From NCBI GenBank assembly GCA_964226535.1, contig CAXQRK010000125.1, positions 1 through 51,367 of the forward strand: a stretch of DNA of 51,367 nucleotides, given 5' to 3'. Below the pieces are notes generated by a model. The model saw only the letters and a list, made by a program, of their open reading frames with translations, was not told the origin of the DNA and searched no databases. The translations under genes and the position numbers were made by a program. Shown in pieces: positions 48,842-51,367 of this stretch; position 1 is the first letter of the stretch; every line of letters starts with the position of its first letter. Origin of the DNA: Polaribacter sp. GTDB lineage: Bacteria; Verrucomicrobiota; Verrucomicrobiia; Opitutales; Coraliomargaritaceae.

Positions 48842-49750
48842 TCAGGCGTGCGTTGAGGATTGGATTAGCTGCAGGTCTGCCAATAGGCGGTCAAGTACCT
48901 GAGCCGTGTCGCCGGTCAGCTGGCTCAAGGGCAGGCGTACCTCATCGGATTGAATAATACCCGCTTGCTTGAGGGCATATTTGATCGGCACCGGATTGGG
49001 TTCGAGAAAAATCGCCTTAAATAACGGGTAGTACTTCAAGTAAATTGCACGAGCGCTGTGGTAGTCGTTGTGATTGGCGGCTTGTACCATTTCAACGAGT
49101 GGAGCGACTACCAGATTGGACGCCACACTGATCACACCGCTAGCACCGGCAGCCATGAACGGCAGGGTGAGCCCATCGTCGCCACTCATCACGGCATAGT
49201 CGGAGCCGAGGGTGCGCACGTATTCAGCGACTTTTTCGCAGGAGCCCTCAGCCGCCTTCATACAGCATACATGCGGATACTGCTCATAGAGGCGGGCCGT
49301 GACATCGACTGAAATTTCGATGCCGCAGCGTGATGGGATTGAATACAGTACGATGGGCTTTTCGGTACATTCGGCGATCCGACTGAAATGTTGCAAGAGT
49401 CCGGCCTGGCTGGGCTTGTTGTAATAGGGCGCAACGATCAGGAAGCCGTCTGCTCCGGCGGCTTCGGCCTGACGGGTTAGGTCGATGGCTTCGTCGGTGG
49501 AGTTGGATCCGGTGCCGGCAATGACCGGTACCTTGCCGGCGGTTGCACTGACCGTGGCGCGAATCACTTCAATATGTTCTGTGTGGCTCAGGGTAGGCGA
49601 TTCGCCGGTGGTGCCAACGGAGACAAGCCCATTGATATGGCCGTCGAGTTGATGGGCGATGAGCGCGTCTAGATCTTCGTAGCAGATAGCACCATTACGC
49701 AGCGGAGTGGCCAAGGCGGTGAAAACGCCTGAGAATAGAGTTGTATTCAT
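48842..49750 (-). CDS. dapA: 4-hydroxy-tetrahydrodipicolinate synthase
   Basis: GTTGESPTL, PYYNKPSQ, LYSIPSR, SGDD and NPVPIK motifs. Confidence 0.97.
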   Translation of the reverse strand: MNTTLFSGVFTALATPLRNGAICYEDLDALIAHQLDGHINGLVSVGTTGESPTLSHTEHIEVIRATVSATAGKVPVIAGTGSNSTDEAIDLTRQAEAAGADGFLIVAPYYNKPSQAGLLQHFSRIAECTEKPIVLYSIPSRCGIEISVDVTARLYEQYPHVCCMKAAEGSCEKVAEYVRTLGSDYAVMSGDDGLTLPFMAAGASGVISVASNLVVAPLVEMVQAANHNDYHSARAIYLKYYPLFKAIFLEPNPVPIKYALKQAGIIQSDEVRLPLSQLTGDTAQVLDRLLADLQLIQSSTHA

Positions 49751-49877
49751 GTTTGATTCGGGAAAGGGTGTGACTGATTATAAAAACATATACGCCTTCC
49801 AGCACGTCGATATTGTTATCTTTGTTCAATAGAATTTTTCGTATTTATCCAAAATCTACAATTACCCTTTGTACATT

Positions 49878-50978
49878 ATGTCGATTCTCGAAACCATTCA
49901 TGGTCTTCTCTCGCTCGCGGTCGAAAATATGGCCAGTGATGTTCATATTAAATCCAATAAACCAGCATTTCTGCGTCTTAGTGGTGGTTTAGAATCAGTT
50001 GAGATGGATCCCATTACGCCGGAGCAAGTGCGCGAATTTATTCAACATTCGGTACCGAAGGAATTTTATGAAACTTGGTTAAACAAACGCCAGGTGGATT
50101 ACTCCTACAGTGCCCCCGGTATTGGACGTTTTCGGGTGAACGGATTTTTGCAGCGCGGCTTGCCCAGTGTAGTCATGCGCTATGTGAGTGATCATCCGCC
50201 GACATTTGAAGATTTAAATATTGATGGCGATGTACTGTCGAATTTATGTAAACAAAAAAATGGCATCGTGCTGCTGTGTGGGGCGACCGGCTCGGGCAAG
50301 AGTTCCACCCTGGCATCCATGATTAACTATATCAATCATCACTTTGATCGTCATGTGGTCACCTTGGAAGATCCGATCGAATATACCTACACGGACGCAA
50401 AATCCATCATCAATCAGCGTGAAATCGGGATTGATTGTCCCAGTTTTGCCGAAGGGATGCGTGCGGTGCTGCGGCAGGATCCGGACGTGATCTTAGTGGG
50501 TGAAATGCGTGACCAAGAGACCTTTGAAACGGCCCTACAGGCCTCGGAGACGGGCCACCTGGTATTTGGTACCATCCATGCTTCCAGCGCGCAACAGGCC
50601 ATTCAGCGCTTGTTTGAGTTTTTTCCAGCGGAGCGAAAGCAGTCCTTGCAGCGCCAACTTGCGGGTACGCTGCGGGCGGCAATCACGCAGAAATTGCTAG
50701 CTGCCTTGGAAGGCGGCGGACGCATGCCGGTGTCGGAGGCCTTCATTGTGGATGCGCTCGGTCGTAAAACCATCAAAGACGGTGAATTCGATAAAATTGA
50801 GTCGGTGATTGAGGCCTCTCAAGATAACGGTTCGAAAACCTTTAATCAGGATTTCTTTCGCCTCGTCAAGAATGGGTTGATTTCAAAAGAAGATGCCCTT
50901 GAGAATTCGCCCAATCCACGTCAATTGGAAATGAATCTGAAGGGGATTTTCCTCAGCAGTGGGGGAATTGTGAGCTAA
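49878..50978 (+). CDS. pilT: PilT/PilU-family type IV pilus retraction ATPase
   Basis: ASDVHI, GATGSGKSSTLA, TLEDPIE, LRQDPDVILVGEMRD and TGHLVFGTIH motifs. Confidence 0.88.
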   Translation: MSILETIHGLLSLAVENMASDVHIKSNKPAFLRLSGGLESVEMDPITPEQVREFIQHSVPKEFYETWLNKRQVDYSYSAPGIGRFRVNGFLQRGLPSVVMRYVSDHPPTFEDLNIDGDVLSNLCKQKNGIVLLCGATGSGKSSTLASMINYINHHFDRHVVTLEDPIEYTYTDAKSIINQREIGIDCPSFAEGMRAVLRQDPDVILVGEMRDQETFETALQASETGHLVFGTIHASSAQQAIQRLFEFFPAERKQSLQRQLAGTLRAAITQKLLAALEGGGRMPVSEAFIVDALGRKTIKDGEFDKIESVIEASQDNGSKTFNQDFFRLVKNGLISKEDALENSPNPRQLEMNLKGIFLSSGGIVS

Positions 50979-51093
50979 TCTTCGCGACGCGTGCGCGGGA
51001 CCAATCCATTTCGGTTTTAGGTTTTAGGTTTTAGGTTTTAGGCGATTAGCCCATCTTCGCGACGCGTGCGCGGATCCAACTCCCGAATTTAGG
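50978..51093. repeat. Tandem duplicated MITE-like end with (TTTTAGG)4 microsatellite
   Basis: ATCTTCGCGACGCGTGCGCGG at 50978-50998 and 51053-51073; GGTTTTA x4 at 51013-51040; 51075-51093 is identical to the MITE end at 14689-14707. Confidence 0.8.
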
Positions 51094-51317
51094 TTCAATG
51101 CTTGGCTCCGATTTTAGTCGCGCGGAACTTGGACTCGAGTAGCGGGGTATCCAACCGGACGTGGCGGTGTGCAGAATTTAGCCCACGTTGTAAAGATCCT
51201 ATAGTTCAACAGCGGGATCGACTGTTGAAGAAAAACGGACCACAAAACGGAAAGCCTGACACTGAGTCAGCGGGAGCTGCCCGGAATATCTTGCCAGCTT
51301 ATGGGTAAAACGGTTTT

Positions 51318-51367
51318 AGATCGGAAGAGCACACGTCTGAACTCCAGTCACGATCGTTAATCGCGTA
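51318..51367 (+). other. Illumina TruSeq indexed adapter remnant (artefact)
   Basis: AGATCGGAAGAGCACACGTCTGAACTCCAGTCAC, then an 8-nt index-like GATCGTTA, then ATCGCGTA (near ATCTCGTA). Confidence 0.98.

Noticed and set aside
51013-51042. (TTTTAGG)4 as a eukaryotic telomere
   Set aside because: Only four units, internal, and in a clearly bacterial context.
50978-51073. 21-bp direct repeat as a mini CRISPR array
   Set aside because: Only two copies, the spacer is a microsatellite, no cas genes are present, and MITE-end duplication explains it better.

Overview
Bacterial contig, most consistent with Verrucomicrobiota (Opitutae/Puniceicoccales-like). This is inferred from gene content: stand-alone coaB, lpxI, a DUF1504 antiporter, gsp-like L-M-D genes and a large TPR gene. 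Untrimmed Illumina adapter is present at both ends. The backbone is housekeeping: gmd-fcl, miaA, uvrA, ispH, kdsD, fusA, leuS, nnr, ruvA, dapAB, a PilT-family ATPase, an ECF sigma/anti-sigma pair and three tRNAs. The accessory or unusual content is: (1) a decayed island behind tRNA-Pro with a truncated YafQ-like toxin, an intact antitoxin, an ISAs1-like fragment and a degenerate tRNA-Pro 3' copy; (2) directly after it, two translationally coupled, uncharacterised paralogous Ala/Ser/Leu-rich proteins sharing MxCxC, LG[IT][DN]LxSP repeats, a V..PC motif and W-x3-AKR; (3) a 161-bp MITE with terminal inverted repeats and a 5-bp target duplication, with related ends near the contig end; (4) a ~183-nt 6S-like structured RNA between tRNA-Arg and tRNA-Lys; (5) a GGCT + membrane-TPR gene pair; (6) a papain/alpha-beta hydrolase fusion; (7) IspH with an extra N-terminal Nudix/IDI-like region. 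No CRISPR array or rRNA was seen. All calls come from reading motifs by eye, with no database searches.
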